Assembly: GCA_964398185.1 (NCBI GenBank)
Contig: CAYNML010000025.1
Coordinates: 4,031 to 68,030 of the forward strand
Source: an uncultured Anaerolineae bacterium
GTDB taxonomy: Bacteria > Chloroflexota > Anaerolineae > Fen-1058
Length of the DNA stretch: 64,000 nt
Reading direction: 5' to 3'
Both the position numbers and the translations under genes were made by a program. The notes beneath the pieces are model-generated. The model ran no database searches, was not told where the DNA came from, and worked only from the letters and a program-made list of their open reading frames with translations. Positions 35,226-45,095 of the stretch are shown in pieces; positions within the stretch are counted from its first letter, which is position 1, and each line of letters begins with the position of its first letter.

Positions 35226-36233
35226 ATGCCGGGCTGTGTTAAACTTCTTGTCGCCATGAACTACGACATCGTCGCAACCTTGGGGCCAAGCAGCCATATG
35301 CCCGATATCTGGCAAAGCATGTTGGATGCCGGCGCAACCGCCTTTCGCCTGAACACGTCGCATCTCACCTTGACCCAACTGGAGCAGTGGCTCGATCAGT
35401 TGACGCCGTTCCTTTCGGCGCTAAATCCCATACCGTTGTTAGCGCTCGATCTGCAAGGCAGCAAGTGGCGGCTGGGCGATTTTGCGCCGCGCCTTCTCGA
35501 ACCCGGCCAACCGATCGAATTGGTGCACGCCCCCACGTCCGATCGAATCAACACCCTGCCCGTGCCCCACGCCGACTTCTTTCGCGCTGCGCCACTGTCC
35601 AACGACGAGATCGTCCTGAATGACGCCAGGATCAAACTCGTGCGCGAAGCGATCGAGCCGGAGAAGGTGCGCGCCCGCGTCATCGTCGGCGGCGAGATTA
35701 CGGCGCGCAAAGGCATCACGTTTGCGGCGTCAGAGTATCGGCAGGAAGAATTGAGCGAGAAAGATCGCGCCATTTTTGAGGCGACGCGCCATGTGCCCTT
35801 TGTGCGTTACGCCATCTCGTACATCCGCGACGCAATTGAGATGAGCAAATATCACGCGCACTTTGGCGCAGCGTATCTCATCGCCAAGCTGGAACGGCAA
35901 CCGGCGATGGAGGATGCCCGGCAAATTGCCGAGATCGCCGACGAGGTGTGGATCTGCCGCGGTGATCTGGGCGCGGAAATCGGCTTGCGATCGATGGCGG
36001 AAGCCGTGCGGCGCTTCTCTCACTCGATCGGCGATCTATCGATCCCGGTGTTGCTGGCCGGGCAAGTGCTGGAGCACATGGTTGAGCACGCCGCCCCGAC
36101 TCGCTCAGAAGTGTGCTATCTGCACGATGCGTTGCAGGCCGGCTATCGCGGTTTTGTGCTGTCGGACGAGGCCGCTATCGGCCGCTATCCGATTGAGAGT
36201 TGCCGCATGGCAGCCATGTTTCGAGACATCTAA
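35226..36233 (+). CDS. Pyruvate kinase-like protein lacking the C-terminal allosteric domain
   Basis: PK A/B-domain motifs: IVATLGPSS, LNTSH, LDLQGSKWRLG, IAKLERQ, WICRGDLGAEIG, VLEHMVEHAAPTRSEV. It ends where the PK A-domain ends. The start could be ATG 35226 or 35256. Confidence 0.5.
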   Translation: MPGCVKLLVAMNYDIVATLGPSSHMPDIWQSMLDAGATAFRLNTSHLTLTQLEQWLDQLTPFLSALNPIPLLALDLQGSKWRLGDFAPRLLEPGQPIELVHAPTSDRINTLPVPHADFFRAAPLSNDEIVLNDARIKLVREAIEPEKVRARVIVGGEITARKGITFAASEYRQEELSEKDRAIFEATRHVPFVRYAISYIRDAIEMSKYHAHFGAAYLIAKLERQPAMEDARQIAEIADEVWICRGDLGAEIGLRSMAEAVRRFSHSIGDLSIPVLLAGQVLEHMVEHAAPTRSEVCYLHDALQAGYRGFVLSDEAAIGRYPIESCRMAAMFRDI

Positions 36234-36314
36234 ACCTGTCAGGTGACGCACAGATAGAAACGTTAGCCCGGTATCCTCTGCGCCACGTAACAGGTTTGAA
36301 ATTCAGGAGCCAAC

Positions 36315-36644
36315 ATGACGACCCCCCAAGACATTTTCGAGAAAGAAATCCCCGCTGCCATGCAAGCCAATCCCAAAGTGGTGAAGAACCTCAACGCCAT
36401 CATCCACTTCGATCTCACCGGCCCCGACGGCGGCGTGTGGACGCTGGACGCAACCGTCGTCCCCGCCAGAGTCACGCAGGGCGCTGTCGGCAAACCTGAC
36501 CTCACCATGACGGTGAGCGCTGCCGACTTCGTCAAAATCCGGCAGAAGAAAGCCAACCCGCAGATGTTGATGATGCAGGGGAAATTGAAGATGACGCCGC
36601 TGAACATCGGCTTAGCCGTGAAACTGGCACAAGTTCTCGGTTAA
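36315..36644 (+). CDS. SCP2 sterol-carrier domain protein
   Basis: ...ADFVKIRQKKANPQMLMMQGKLKMTPLNIGLAVKL is the SCP2 C-terminal signature. 109 aa. Confidence 0.7.
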   Translation: MTTPQDIFEKEIPAAMQANPKVVKNLNAIIHFDLTGPDGGVWTLDATVVPARVTQGAVGKPDLTMTVSAADFVKIRQKKANPQMLMMQGKLKMTPLNIGLAVKLAQVLG

Positions 36645-36676
36645 AACAAAACGCGCCCTGAATCTTCATTAACCCA

Positions 36677-36718
36677 GAGCACGCATTACGCATCACGTTT
36701 TACGCATCACGCATCACG
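36677..36718. repeat. Heptamer tandem repeat (NNNNACG)x6: GAGCACG CATTACG CATCACG TTTTACG CATCACG CATCACG
   Basis: 7-bp periodic array in the convergent 3' intergenic region between the SCP2 gene and ftsK. Confidence 0.6.
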
Positions 36719-36720
36719 TT

Positions 36721-39021
36721 CTACAGCCACCCATCGACCTCATCATTCGGCCCGATGAGCACATCGCGCGCGCGGCCTGCTTCCTGCACCGGCCCCACGA
36801 TGCCCATCTGCTCCATGCGATCGATCAAGTACGCGGCCTTGGGATAGCCCAGGCGCATCTTGCGCTGCAACCACGAGGCGCTGGCCTGGCGATGCTTCTT
36901 CACCAACTCGATTGCTTTGGCCAGCAGCACTTCATCGTCGTCTTCCAACGCGGCCGTCGCTGCGCCCGCCTGTGCAATCTCTTCAAGCTGCTGCACCCTG
37001 GTGGTTTCCCACGGCGCGGGCACCCGCTCTTCGTCGGCGTATTGCTTGCGCCAGAAATCGGCCACCCGATCGATCTCGCGCTCGCCCACGTAACAGCCCT
37101 GCACACGCTGCGGGCCGTTAGCTGTCGGTGACAGGAACAGCATGTCGCCCTTGCCCAATAAAGTTTCCGCGCCTACCCCGTCGAGAATGACGCGGCTGTC
37201 CACGCCCGAGGCCACCGCGAACGCAATGCGCGCCGGGAAGTTCGCCTTGATCAAACCGGTCACCACGTCAGTCGAGGGACGCTGCGTGGCGATGACCAGA
37301 TGGATGCCCGTGGCGCGCGCCATCTGCGCGATGCGGCAGATAGTCTTCTCCACCTCCACCGGCGCGCTCATCATCAAGTCCGAGAGTTCGTCGATGAACA
37401 CCGCCATGAAGGGCAGCTTGTCCTGCCCCTGCTCCGCCATCTGCGCGTTGTATTCGTTGACGTGGCGCACGCCCAGGTCCGAGAACTTCTTGTAGCGGCT
37501 GTCCATTTCGCGCGTGACCCAGCGCAGCACGCCCACAATGCGCTCGACCTCGGTTTCCACTTTGCCGTACAGATGCGGCAAGCCGTTGTAGCGGATCAGT
37601 TCCACCATCTTGGGATCGATCATCACGAGGCGCAGATCGTCGGGCGTATTGTCCATGATCAGCGACATGATGACGGCGTTGATGCACACGCTTTTGCCGG
37701 AACCCGTCGTCCCCGCGATCAAGATGTGCGGCATCGAAGCCAGATCGGCGGCGATGGGCATCCCGCTGACATCGCGCCCCAGCGCAAAAGCCAGCGGCGC
37801 TTTGGCCTTCAGCTTGCCGAAAGATTCGCTCTCCAGCACGCCGCGCAGACCCACCATTTCGATCGACTCGTTGGGGACTTCGATGCCGACGAACGATTGA
37901 CCGGGCACCGGCGCTTCAATGCGCAGCGACGGCGCGGCCAGCGCCAGCGCCAGATCGTTTTGCAGCGAGCTGATCTGCGCCACGCGCACTTTCTGGCGGC
38001 GCACCTCGCCTTCGGGGCCGGGCCGTTCGAGGTAACCCGGCTCAACGCCGTACTGTGTCACCGCCGGGCCTTGCGACACGCGCACGACTTTCGCCTCCAG
38101 ACCAAACTGCCGCAGCGTGCTTTCGATCACATCTTTCTTGTGCGCGATTTCCTCCTGCGCGATCGACTCGCTGGTATGGCCTTCCAGCAGATCGAGCGTG
38201 GGCAGCGCGCGCACTTTCTTGATCTTCGGCAGGGGAACCTCTTCGGTTTTGACGATCTTCAACGGCAGTTGGGTGGCTTGCACCGGCTGCTGATCGAGCG
38301 ACTTGGCCTTGATGACCACTTGCTGCGGCGGCACAATCTCTTCCTCGATCGGTGGGGCGGCGGCCGACGGCCCCGCCTCGCTGATCGTGGGGACTGCCAC
38401 CGTTTCGATCGGGCGGCGGCGCACCCGCCAGATCTTCAGGCGCGCGTACCACGTCAGCCACGGCAGACGCAGGCCGATCGTCAACGCGACGATCGTGACG
38501 ATCAAGTACAACACCCCGGCCACATACCGTGGGAAGATTGGCGTGACGATCATGAGCAAGCCCCAGCCCACCACGCCGCCGCCATTTCCGGCGGTGATCC
38601 TGCTCCACATATCCTGATCAGAATAAGCGCCGAAGGCCGTCAGGACAGGCAGAAACGCGAAGAACGCCACCTCAACCGCGATGACGGATTTCCACGGCGT
38701 GACCAGCACGATGTTCTGTGTGCGCGCAATGATCAACACACCAATCGCGCCGAGTATGAAGGCGAAGAGAAATGCCCCCCAGCCGAAGAGCCAATAGAGG
38801 CCGTTGCTCCACCACTCGCTGAGGCTGCCCGGGGTATCGAAGCGCGACAGCGCGACGAGCGACCACACGGCCAGCGCCATGAGCAGCACGCCCAGGATCT
38901 CGCGGCTGCGCACGCCCACGCGGTAGCGCAGTTGGCGGCGGCGCAGCGGCGGTGCTTTCTCGGTTTTTGCTTTGGCTTTCGCGTCCGCTGTGGCGCGGCT
39001 CGCATTCGCGGATTTGGTCAT
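36721..39021 (-). CDS. ftsK: DNA translocase FtsK/SpoIIIE
   Basis: N-terminal multi-TM region, motor domain with Walker A GTTGSGKS, and a C-terminal gamma winged-helix domain. Confidence 0.9.
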   Translation of the reverse strand: MTKSANASRATADAKAKAKTEKAPPLRRRQLRYRVGVRSREILGVLLMALAVWSLVALSRFDTPGSLSEWWSNGLYWLFGWGAFLFAFILGAIGVLIIARTQNIVLVTPWKSVIAVEVAFFAFLPVLTAFGAYSDQDMWSRITAGNGGGVVGWGLLMIVTPIFPRYVAGVLYLIVTIVALTIGLRLPWLTWYARLKIWRVRRRPIETVAVPTISEAGPSAAAPPIEEEIVPPQQVVIKAKSLDQQPVQATQLPLKIVKTEEVPLPKIKKVRALPTLDLLEGHTSESIAQEEIAHKKDVIESTLRQFGLEAKVVRVSQGPAVTQYGVEPGYLERPGPEGEVRRQKVRVAQISSLQNDLALALAAPSLRIEAPVPGQSFVGIEVPNESIEMVGLRGVLESESFGKLKAKAPLAFALGRDVSGMPIAADLASMPHILIAGTTGSGKSVCINAVIMSLIMDNTPDDLRLVMIDPKMVELIRYNGLPHLYGKVETEVERIVGVLRWVTREMDSRYKKFSDLGVRHVNEYNAQMAEQGQDKLPFMAVFIDELSDLMMSAPVEVEKTICRIAQMARATGIHLVIATQRPSTDVVTGLIKANFPARIAFAVASGVDSRVILDGVGAETLLGKGDMLFLSPTANGPQRVQGCYVGEREIDRVADFWRKQYADEERVPAPWETTRVQQLEEIAQAGAATAALEDDDEVLLAKAIELVKKHRQASASWLQRKMRLGYPKAAYLIDRMEQMGIVGPVQEAGRARDVLIGPNDEVDGWL

Positions 39022-39122
39022 AGCGAATTCTGGTTGTGGCAGATTCAGAAAGCGAGGCTTTAGCCGGAAGTGTCAGCGGTCAAACCGGCTAAAGCCTCGG
39101 CCCCAGATCGTCACTCAACTGG

Positions 39123-40115
39123 TTAGCGGTGTTCGTTTTCGACGATCACCAGTTCATCGGCAGCGGCCAGGGCGCCGTTGCCATTATGCGCCTGCCGCAG
39201 CGAGAGGCCCAGCCGCCGATGGGACACATCGACGCTCAGGACGCGCACCCGCACGGTATCGTGCTCGTGAACGACGTTGCGCGGATGCAGGAAGTTGCCT
39301 TCGGCCAATTCGGAAATATGGATCAAGCCTTCCACGCCTTCTTCCAGTTTCACGAACGCGCCGAAATCGACCACGGTGGTCACCGTGCCTTCCACCAACT
39401 GGTGCAACTGATAACGCTGCGGCACCGTCACCCACGGATCGGGGTACAGGCGCTTCAGGCTCAACGCCACGCGGCGCTGCTCGCGATCGACCGTCATCAC
39501 GCTCACCTCCACGTTCTGCCCGCTGCGCAGCACGTCCGACGGATGATTGATGCGGCCCCACGAAATTTCGCTGATGTGCGCCAGCCCTTCAATGCCGCCC
39601 AGATCGATGAATGCGCCAAAGTCGCACACGGTGGTCACTACGCCGCAGCGGCGCTGCCCCGGCTGCAGATCGGCCAGCAAGATCTCGACGCGCGTGCGAT
39701 CGTTGTAAGCCAGTCGTTCCGATAACACGAAGCGGCCATGCGCGCGATCGAGTTCGATGATCTTGCCTTTGACAACCTGCCCCACGCGCTTCTCGAACTC
39801 GGCGCGGCGCTGGGCGTCATCCGTGACGTTGGGCATGTTGAGAATGTGCGAGGCGGGGACAAAGCCGTGCAGCCCGGTCCAGTCGACCAAAATGCCGCCG
39901 CGATTGAAACCGGTGACCTGCACTTCCAGGACATCGTCGCCATCGCACGCCTGGCGTGCCGCCTCCCACAATTGATCGATGGGCCGCAGCGTACTGCCGC
40001 TGTTCGCGCGCTCGGGCGCGCCAGTGTGTGCGGCTGGTTCAGCGGGCACGTTGGCTTCGGCATCCTGTAAGAGCGCTTGCCAATACCCCTCATCGACATC
40101 AAACATCTCGCCCAT
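39123..40115 (-). CDS. S1 RNA-binding domain protein (three S1 repeats; short ribosomal protein S1-like)
   Basis: Three repeats of the S1 motif pattern (…GFVPASHI…, …GLAHISEISW…, …GLIHISELAE…). Confidence 0.7.
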   Translation of the reverse strand: MGEMFDVDEGYWQALLQDAEANVPAEPAAHTGAPERANSGSTLRPIDQLWEAARQACDGDDVLEVQVTGFNRGGILVDWTGLHGFVPASHILNMPNVTDDAQRRAEFEKRVGQVVKGKIIELDRAHGRFVLSERLAYNDRTRVEILLADLQPGQRRCGVVTTVCDFGAFIDLGGIEGLAHISEISWGRINHPSDVLRSGQNVEVSVMTVDREQRRVALSLKRLYPDPWVTVPQRYQLHQLVEGTVTTVVDFGAFVKLEEGVEGLIHISELAEGNFLHPRNVVHEHDTVRVRVLSVDVSHRRLGLSLRQAHNGNGALAAADELVIVENEHR

Positions 40116-40222
40116 TCCTAACCCCCTGTCACAATAACACTACAGCTGTGTGCTGTATTCTACAAAGAAATCGCAAAATAAGCCAAATGAACACGGCGCC
40201 AGCGGCGGCGCCGGCGGCGGCG

Positions 40223-42151
40223 CTAGACGTGACCGTTCTTTCGCGCGCCGTTGCCCACCTCGGCCACCGCGCGCTCTTCCATCTTGGACAACGAGGCGGC
40301 TACAGCTTCCACCGCGATCTTCTGCTTGCGGTACAGATCGCTCTCGCTCATCGCCAGGCGCGCCGCGATGTCGCGCACCTTGCGGCCCTGCACGAAGCGC
40401 AGTTCCAGAATGTTGTACAACACCCATTCAGCCGCGGTGAAGCTGCGCTCGCCGTCGGGGCGCAGCTGCTCAATCGCGTCGCCGAGCACCGCGCGCAGCG
40501 CCTTGGGCGCGTCATCGTGATTGTCCGGCAGGGCCTGTTCGACCACTTGCAGCTTCAACAGCGGACTGGCCGTCAACTTGGGCCCACCCCAGTAATGACT
40601 CAAGGCGTCTTTCACCCAGTTCGGAAATTCCGGATCGGCCGTGACGGTGGCTTCCGGCGAAGGCTGTGTAGGCGAATCGATGTAGCGCACTTCACCGCGC
40701 TGGCGCTGCAAGACATCGATCTCCGGCATGATGCGATCTACCGCCGCAAAGACTTCCTTCTGCAAGCGGCGATCCTCCAGCGCGATGGCGGCCTGGGTGA
40801 TCAACGTCTGCAAGCGCTTGGTCTCGGCATCCGATAAATCCGGCTCGCGCGATCGGGCGGCCACGGCCAGCGCGCCGAGCAGGTCCGCGTTGCCGCGCGC
40901 GCGCAGCGGCCACACCCAGAAACCGTCGACCCCGATCGGGCCGTCTTCATCCGCCGGGATCGCCGTCAGGCGCATCTCGGCCAGGGCGGTGCTGTACGCT
41001 TCGATGGCGCCCACGTGCGTGCGCACGCGCCAGCGCCCGTCGGAATCAAACGACGCCAGAAACACGCGCTGCACGCGCAGCAGATCGGCCACGGCGGTCA
41101 GCACGTTCTCCAGGAATTGCTGCAAGTCTGTCGAGGTCAACAACCGATCGCTCAGATTGCGGATGTAATCCAGTTCCGATCGATCCTGTTGAAAGAGCAC
41201 CACGTCGAGCAGCGGCTGCAACGAGCCGCGCACGATTTGGAACAGCACGATGAAGAACACAATCGCCAGGATCGTAATCGTTTCACTGGGCAGGCCCAGA
41301 AATTCTTCGATACGGATCAACACGGCCACCGCGGCTGCGATGGTGATGGCCAGCAGCGGCCCGCGGAACAGGAAACGGATCAGGCGGTACTTCACCACCC
41401 GATCAGGCGCCAGCACCCCAAAGTACGCCACGCTGTAACCCATCAAGAGCAACATCGCAAAAATGAAGAGGTTGCCGGCCAGTAACACGAGCCACAACAG
41501 AAGCGGCACGGTTGTTGCGGGATTGCTCGAGAGCAGCAAGTAAGGGAAGACGGCAAAGGCCGGCCCGGTCGATGACAGCAGCAGGTACGTCATGCGGCGG
41601 CGCGAGGTGGGCGTCAGGCAGCGGCGGCGCGCATGGAGAATGTTGACCACGCCCAACACCACCGCCGTCAGCGTATACAGCGTGTAGAGACCGAACAACG
41701 GCCCGGCCTGCAAATGCGGCGCGGTACTCGGCAGCGCTGCGCCGCTCACCACCGTGTCGCTGAAGAGCGCCAGGCCCATGAAGACGACACTGGCCGCGTA
41801 CGCGCCAATGACCAGCGCCTGCCGTGACCGCGAGACGGAATTCGTCGTGCGCAGCACCTCGTCGGAGAAATGCAGATAGGCGGCGGGCACCAGCGCAATC
41901 CCCAGCCACTGCAAACGCAGCCAGCGCTCCATCCAGACCGGATCGATTACACGATAGATCACCGCGTCGCCCATCGAGACGAACATGACGCACGTCAACA
42001 GCACGCTGAACGCGCGCGCCACCGGCGATCGCCAGTTGTAACGAATGATGTAGATTAACAGGGCAAACGCCGTCACGGCGATGCCGATCGAGAGGAGCGA
42101 ATTCAGGAAGATAATAAGCGTGGTTAAACTAAGCGAACCGATCATACCCAC
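40223..42151 (-). CDS. Membrane-anchored sensor/regulator: multi-TM N-terminus, GAF-like domain, C-terminal sigma70 region4/LuxR-like HTH
   Basis: ~8 predicted TM helices in the first ~300 aa, a central GAF-like region, and the C-terminal segment RKVRDIAARLAMSESDLYRKQKIAVEAVAASL resembling an HTH. Confidence 0.45.
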   Translation of the reverse strand: MGMIGSLSLTTLIIFLNSLLSIGIAVTAFALLIYIIRYNWRSPVARAFSVLLTCVMFVSMGDAVIYRVIDPVWMERWLRLQWLGIALVPAAYLHFSDEVLRTTNSVSRSRQALVIGAYAASVVFMGLALFSDTVVSGAALPSTAPHLQAGPLFGLYTLYTLTAVVLGVVNILHARRRCLTPTSRRRMTYLLLSSTGPAFAVFPYLLLSSNPATTVPLLLWLVLLAGNLFIFAMLLLMGYSVAYFGVLAPDRVVKYRLIRFLFRGPLLAITIAAAVAVLIRIEEFLGLPSETITILAIVFFIVLFQIVRGSLQPLLDVVLFQQDRSELDYIRNLSDRLLTSTDLQQFLENVLTAVADLLRVQRVFLASFDSDGRWRVRTHVGAIEAYSTALAEMRLTAIPADEDGPIGVDGFWVWPLRARGNADLLGALAVAARSREPDLSDAETKRLQTLITQAAIALEDRRLQKEVFAAVDRIMPEIDVLQRQRGEVRYIDSPTQPSPEATVTADPEFPNWVKDALSHYWGGPKLTASPLLKLQVVEQALPDNHDDAPKALRAVLGDAIEQLRPDGERSFTAAEWVLYNILELRFVQGRKVRDIAARLAMSESDLYRKQKIAVEAVAASLSKMEERAVAEVGNGARKNGHV

Positions 42152-42213
42152 TACATACCCACCAGCCAGTTAACCCTTATTCTACACCCAAGCGCTGCCC
42201 GCGCGCCTCCGAA

Positions 42214-42753
42214 TCAATGGACTGCTTTCACAAAAAACACCGCGATGTCCTGGTTGGCAAAGAAGTGATCGTTGTAGCCGCAAAACGTGAAGCCGTGTTT
42301 CTGACAGAATTGAATGCCCGGGAAGTTCTTGGTCTGCACTTCAATCATGATCCAGGCCAGTTTCTCTTCACGCGCCCAGCGGACCACGCCCGTCAATAAC
42401 GCACTGCCGATACCCTGCCGCCGCGCCGGCTTGGCAACGATCAGATCCTGCACCCAGGCCGTGGACTGCGCGCCGCGCCTGGCCAGCGCCGCATAGCCCA
42501 CCACCGCGCGATTGTCGTCGGCCACCAGCATCGCGTCGCAGGCGTCCCAGCCGGCATTGAGCTGCTTCACATCGCGCGGATAAGCCACCTTCATCAGACG
42601 CGGCAGGCGCACCGTGCGGAAGGCCAGGGTGATTTGCCCTTCCTGCGGGCGCGTATCCATCTGCCAGACGTACTCCGTTTCAAACGATGGATCGAACGAC
42701 AGGCAGCGCGGCAGATCGGCGGCGGTGGCGGCGCGAATAATCGGTTTGATCAT
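42214..42753 (-). CDS. GNAT family N-acetyltransferase
   Basis: Acetyl-CoA binding motif RRQGIGSALL in a GNAT-type fold of 179 aa. Confidence 0.7.
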   Translation of the reverse strand: MIKPIIRAATAADLPRCLSFDPSFETEYVWQMDTRPQEGQITLAFRTVRLPRLMKVAYPRDVKQLNAGWDACDAMLVADDNRAVVGYAALARRGAQSTAWVQDLIVAKPARRQGIGSALLTGVVRWAREEKLAWIMIEVQTKNFPGIQFCQKHGFTFCGYNDHFFANQDIAVFFVKAVH

Positions 42754-42772
42754 GGCGGCAAGTCACGCTTTT

Positions 42773-43555
42773 CTACTGAGGTTGAACGACGATCGAGACG
42801 TTGCAGTGCGGCAGTTCGTTGCCCGTGTTATCGACGACGACCAAGCCCAGCACGTAGACGCCCGGCTGCGTCAGCAGATTCGTCGGATCGATCGCGCCGA
42901 GCACGCCCCCATCGACAGGCGTGCGCACGACATCACCGGCAGTCTGCGTCACGCCGTTGGTGGCGGGGCCGGTCAGCGTCAGTTTGTAGAATGCAAAGTT
43001 CTCTGCTTTCGCCGTGCCGCGCACCTGAATCTCGCTGGAAAAGACCTGGCCGGCCACCGGCGCAACAATCTGGACGTTAGGGTCAGGACAGCTGCCCGCC
43101 GGCAGGACCGGCGGCGTTGACGTGGGGCCTGCCGTGGGAGCACCCTCAACGGTGGGCGTAGGAGTGCCGGGCGTGGCCGTGGGCGGGCGCGGCGTGCGCG
43201 TGGGCGTTGGCTGAAACGTCGGAGTGGGAGTATTCGTCGGAAGGACGAAGGCCGCCGTGGGCGTGGCCGGTCCGGCCTCGGTGGTCACCTGCGGAGCTAC
43301 AACCGTCGCCAAAACGAACGTGGCAAACGCCGCAAGCGCCAGTACGCCCAACATGATCACGCTGCGCCACAGGCGGCTGCTGGCCGCTTCGCGCTCCAGC
43401 GAATACAACGATTGCTGCAGGTCCTGCCGCGCGACCAGAATTTCTCGGACGTAGAACACTGCGCCAACGATGAGGACGATGTAGATCAGCCCCGCATAGT
43501 TGGCCAGCAGCTGTACAAAGAAAGCCATAACGTATTCAGGCCGCCGCCACGACAC
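42773..43555 (-). CDS. Membrane-anchored hypothetical protein with Pro/Thr-rich linker and C-terminal beta-rich domain
   Basis: One or two N-terminal TM helices, a PT-rich low-complexity linker (TPTPTFQPTPTRTPRPPTATPGTPTPT), and a ~110-aa C-terminal domain. Confidence 0.4.
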   Translation of the reverse strand: MSWRRPEYVMAFFVQLLANYAGLIYIVLIVGAVFYVREILVARQDLQQSLYSLEREAASSRLWRSVIMLGVLALAAFATFVLATVVAPQVTTEAGPATPTAAFVLPTNTPTPTFQPTPTRTPRPPTATPGTPTPTVEGAPTAGPTSTPPVLPAGSCPDPNVQIVAPVAGQVFSSEIQVRGTAKAENFAFYKLTLTGPATNGVTQTAGDVVRTPVDGGVLGAIDPTNLLTQPGVYVLGLVVVDNTGNELPHCNVSIVVQPQ

Positions 43556-44384
43556 CGCGAATGACGGTCATCATCCGGGGAACCAACACCCGACCGGCCT
43601 CCAGCACTTCTTCGTGTGTGGTCTGTGGACCGTCTTCTTCGCCGGACAGCGCATTGCTGATGCCCGACAGGCCCAGCACCTTCATCCCGGCGTGCCGTGC
43701 CGTGATCGTCTCCGGCACGGTAGACATGCCCACCGCATCCGCGCCGATCAACCGCAGAAAGCGCACATCGGCCGGCGATTCAAAGCTCGGGCCGGCCAGG
43801 CACATGTAGATGCCCTGCTGCAACGTGACCTGCTGATCCGCCGCAACTCGCAACGCCAGATCGCGCAGGCCGCGATCGTAGGGCTGCGACATATCGGGAA
43901 AACGCGGGCCGAAAGATTCGTCATTGGGGCCTCGCAGCGGATTCTGCCCGGCCATCCCGATGAGGTTGATGTGATCTTTAATCAACATCACGTCGCCGGC
44001 TGTGAACGATCGGTTGATGCCGCCCGCCGCATTGGTCAGGATCACCGTATTGATGCCGAGCACCTTCATCATGCGGATGGGCAGCGTGACCTGCGACATC
44101 GAATACCCTTCGTAGTAGTGCACGCGGCCCTGCATCACCAACACCGATCGGCCTTCCAGCTGCCCGATGACCAGCCGGCCCGAATGACCCTGTACCGAGG
44201 AGACGGGGAAGTTGGGAATGTCGTCAAACGGAATGAAGTCCGGCTTTTGCACCGCCTCAGCCAGCGCTGACAGACCGGAACCTAAGATGATGCCAAACTC
44301 GGGCTGATGGCGGGTGCGGGCGCGCACGACCTGCGCCGCAGCTTCGATTTCTGAACGCGTAACCAGATGCTCCACGCTATTCAT
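43536..44384 (-). CDS. Purine nucleoside phosphorylase (PNP family I)
   Basis: IILGSGL, TNAAGG and MSTVPE are motifs of the PNP/MTAP family. Confidence 0.85.
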   Translation of the reverse strand: MNSVEHLVTRSEIEAAAQVVRARTRHQPEFGIILGSGLSALAEAVQKPDFIPFDDIPNFPVSSVQGHSGRLVIGQLEGRSVLVMQGRVHYYEGYSMSQVTLPIRMMKVLGINTVILTNAAGGINRSFTAGDVMLIKDHINLIGMAGQNPLRGPNDESFGPRFPDMSQPYDRGLRDLALRVAADQQVTLQQGIYMCLAGPSFESPADVRFLRLIGADAVGMSTVPETITARHAGMKVLGLSGISNALSGEEDGPQTTHEEVLEAGRVLVPRMMTVIRGVVAAA

Positions 44385-44394
44385 CCTCTTTCAA

Positions 44395-45072
44395 CTAGAG
44401 CTTGGCCAGCAGCTTGGCCTTGGCCTGCTGATATTCCACTTCGCTGATCGCACCGCTCTTGCGCAGTTCGTCCAGCTGCGCAATCGTCTTCAACGGGTCT
44501 TCCTCGTCACCTGCGGCGGCGGCCGCTGCCGTCGCCTGCCGCGAACCGAGGTCGTCGCCGTCGGACAGCTTGGTCTTCTGCTCCAGGAGCGTCTTTTTGA
44601 ACTCCACCGGTTTTGCCAGGCGCTTCAGCACATTGGTTCCCATGTCGCTGCCGGTGATGATGGCCAGATCGCCGTAATTCAGCAGACGCCCCACCACCGA
44701 CTGATTCAGGGTAATATCGTTGATCTTCTCCAGGGCCGAGTCCTTGGTGTGCTTGTTGATCAAGCCCTCGGTCTGCACCACGCGCGTGGTGGTGATTAGA
44801 TACTCTTCGGCCCACCACTGCAGGAACTCCCAGCCGAACCAGACGATGGGGATGAGCAGCAAAAGCAGCGCGAAGCCGCGGTTGTTGCGCAGGAAGTCGC
44901 CCAGCCAGCCCTGGCCCAATGACCCGGCCGCGAAGAAAATCGACCAGATGACCAGGAAGATAAACAAATTGATGGCAAAATTGGCCGACAACACGATCCA
45001 GTGTTGGCGGGCGCGCCAGAGGATTTGCTCGTTCTTGCCCAGCAGGCTTTCCACGTACTTCATCATACCCAT
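44395..45072 (-). CDS. Bacterial PH (YdbT/DUF304-like) domain protein with C-terminal SHOCT domain
   Basis: Two TM helices plus a bPH-like region. The C-terminal LDELRKSGAISEVEYQQAKAKLL is a SHOCT motif. Confidence 0.55.
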   Translation of the reverse strand: MGMMKYVESLLGKNEQILWRARQHWIVLSANFAINLFIFLVIWSIFFAAGSLGQGWLGDFLRNNRGFALLLLLIPIVWFGWEFLQWWAEEYLITTTRVVQTEGLINKHTKDSALEKINDITLNQSVVGRLLNYGDLAIITGSDMGTNVLKRLAKPVEFKKTLLEQKTKLSDGDDLGSRQATAAAAAAGDEEDPLKTIAQLDELRKSGAISEVEYQQAKAKLLAKL

Positions 45073-45095
45073 GACGAAACGCTCCTTGAAGGATT

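Noticed and set aside
37300-39063. 587-aa plus-strand ORF inside ftsK
   Set aside because: Antisense to the FtsK motor domain, with an R/H/D/Q-rich translation.
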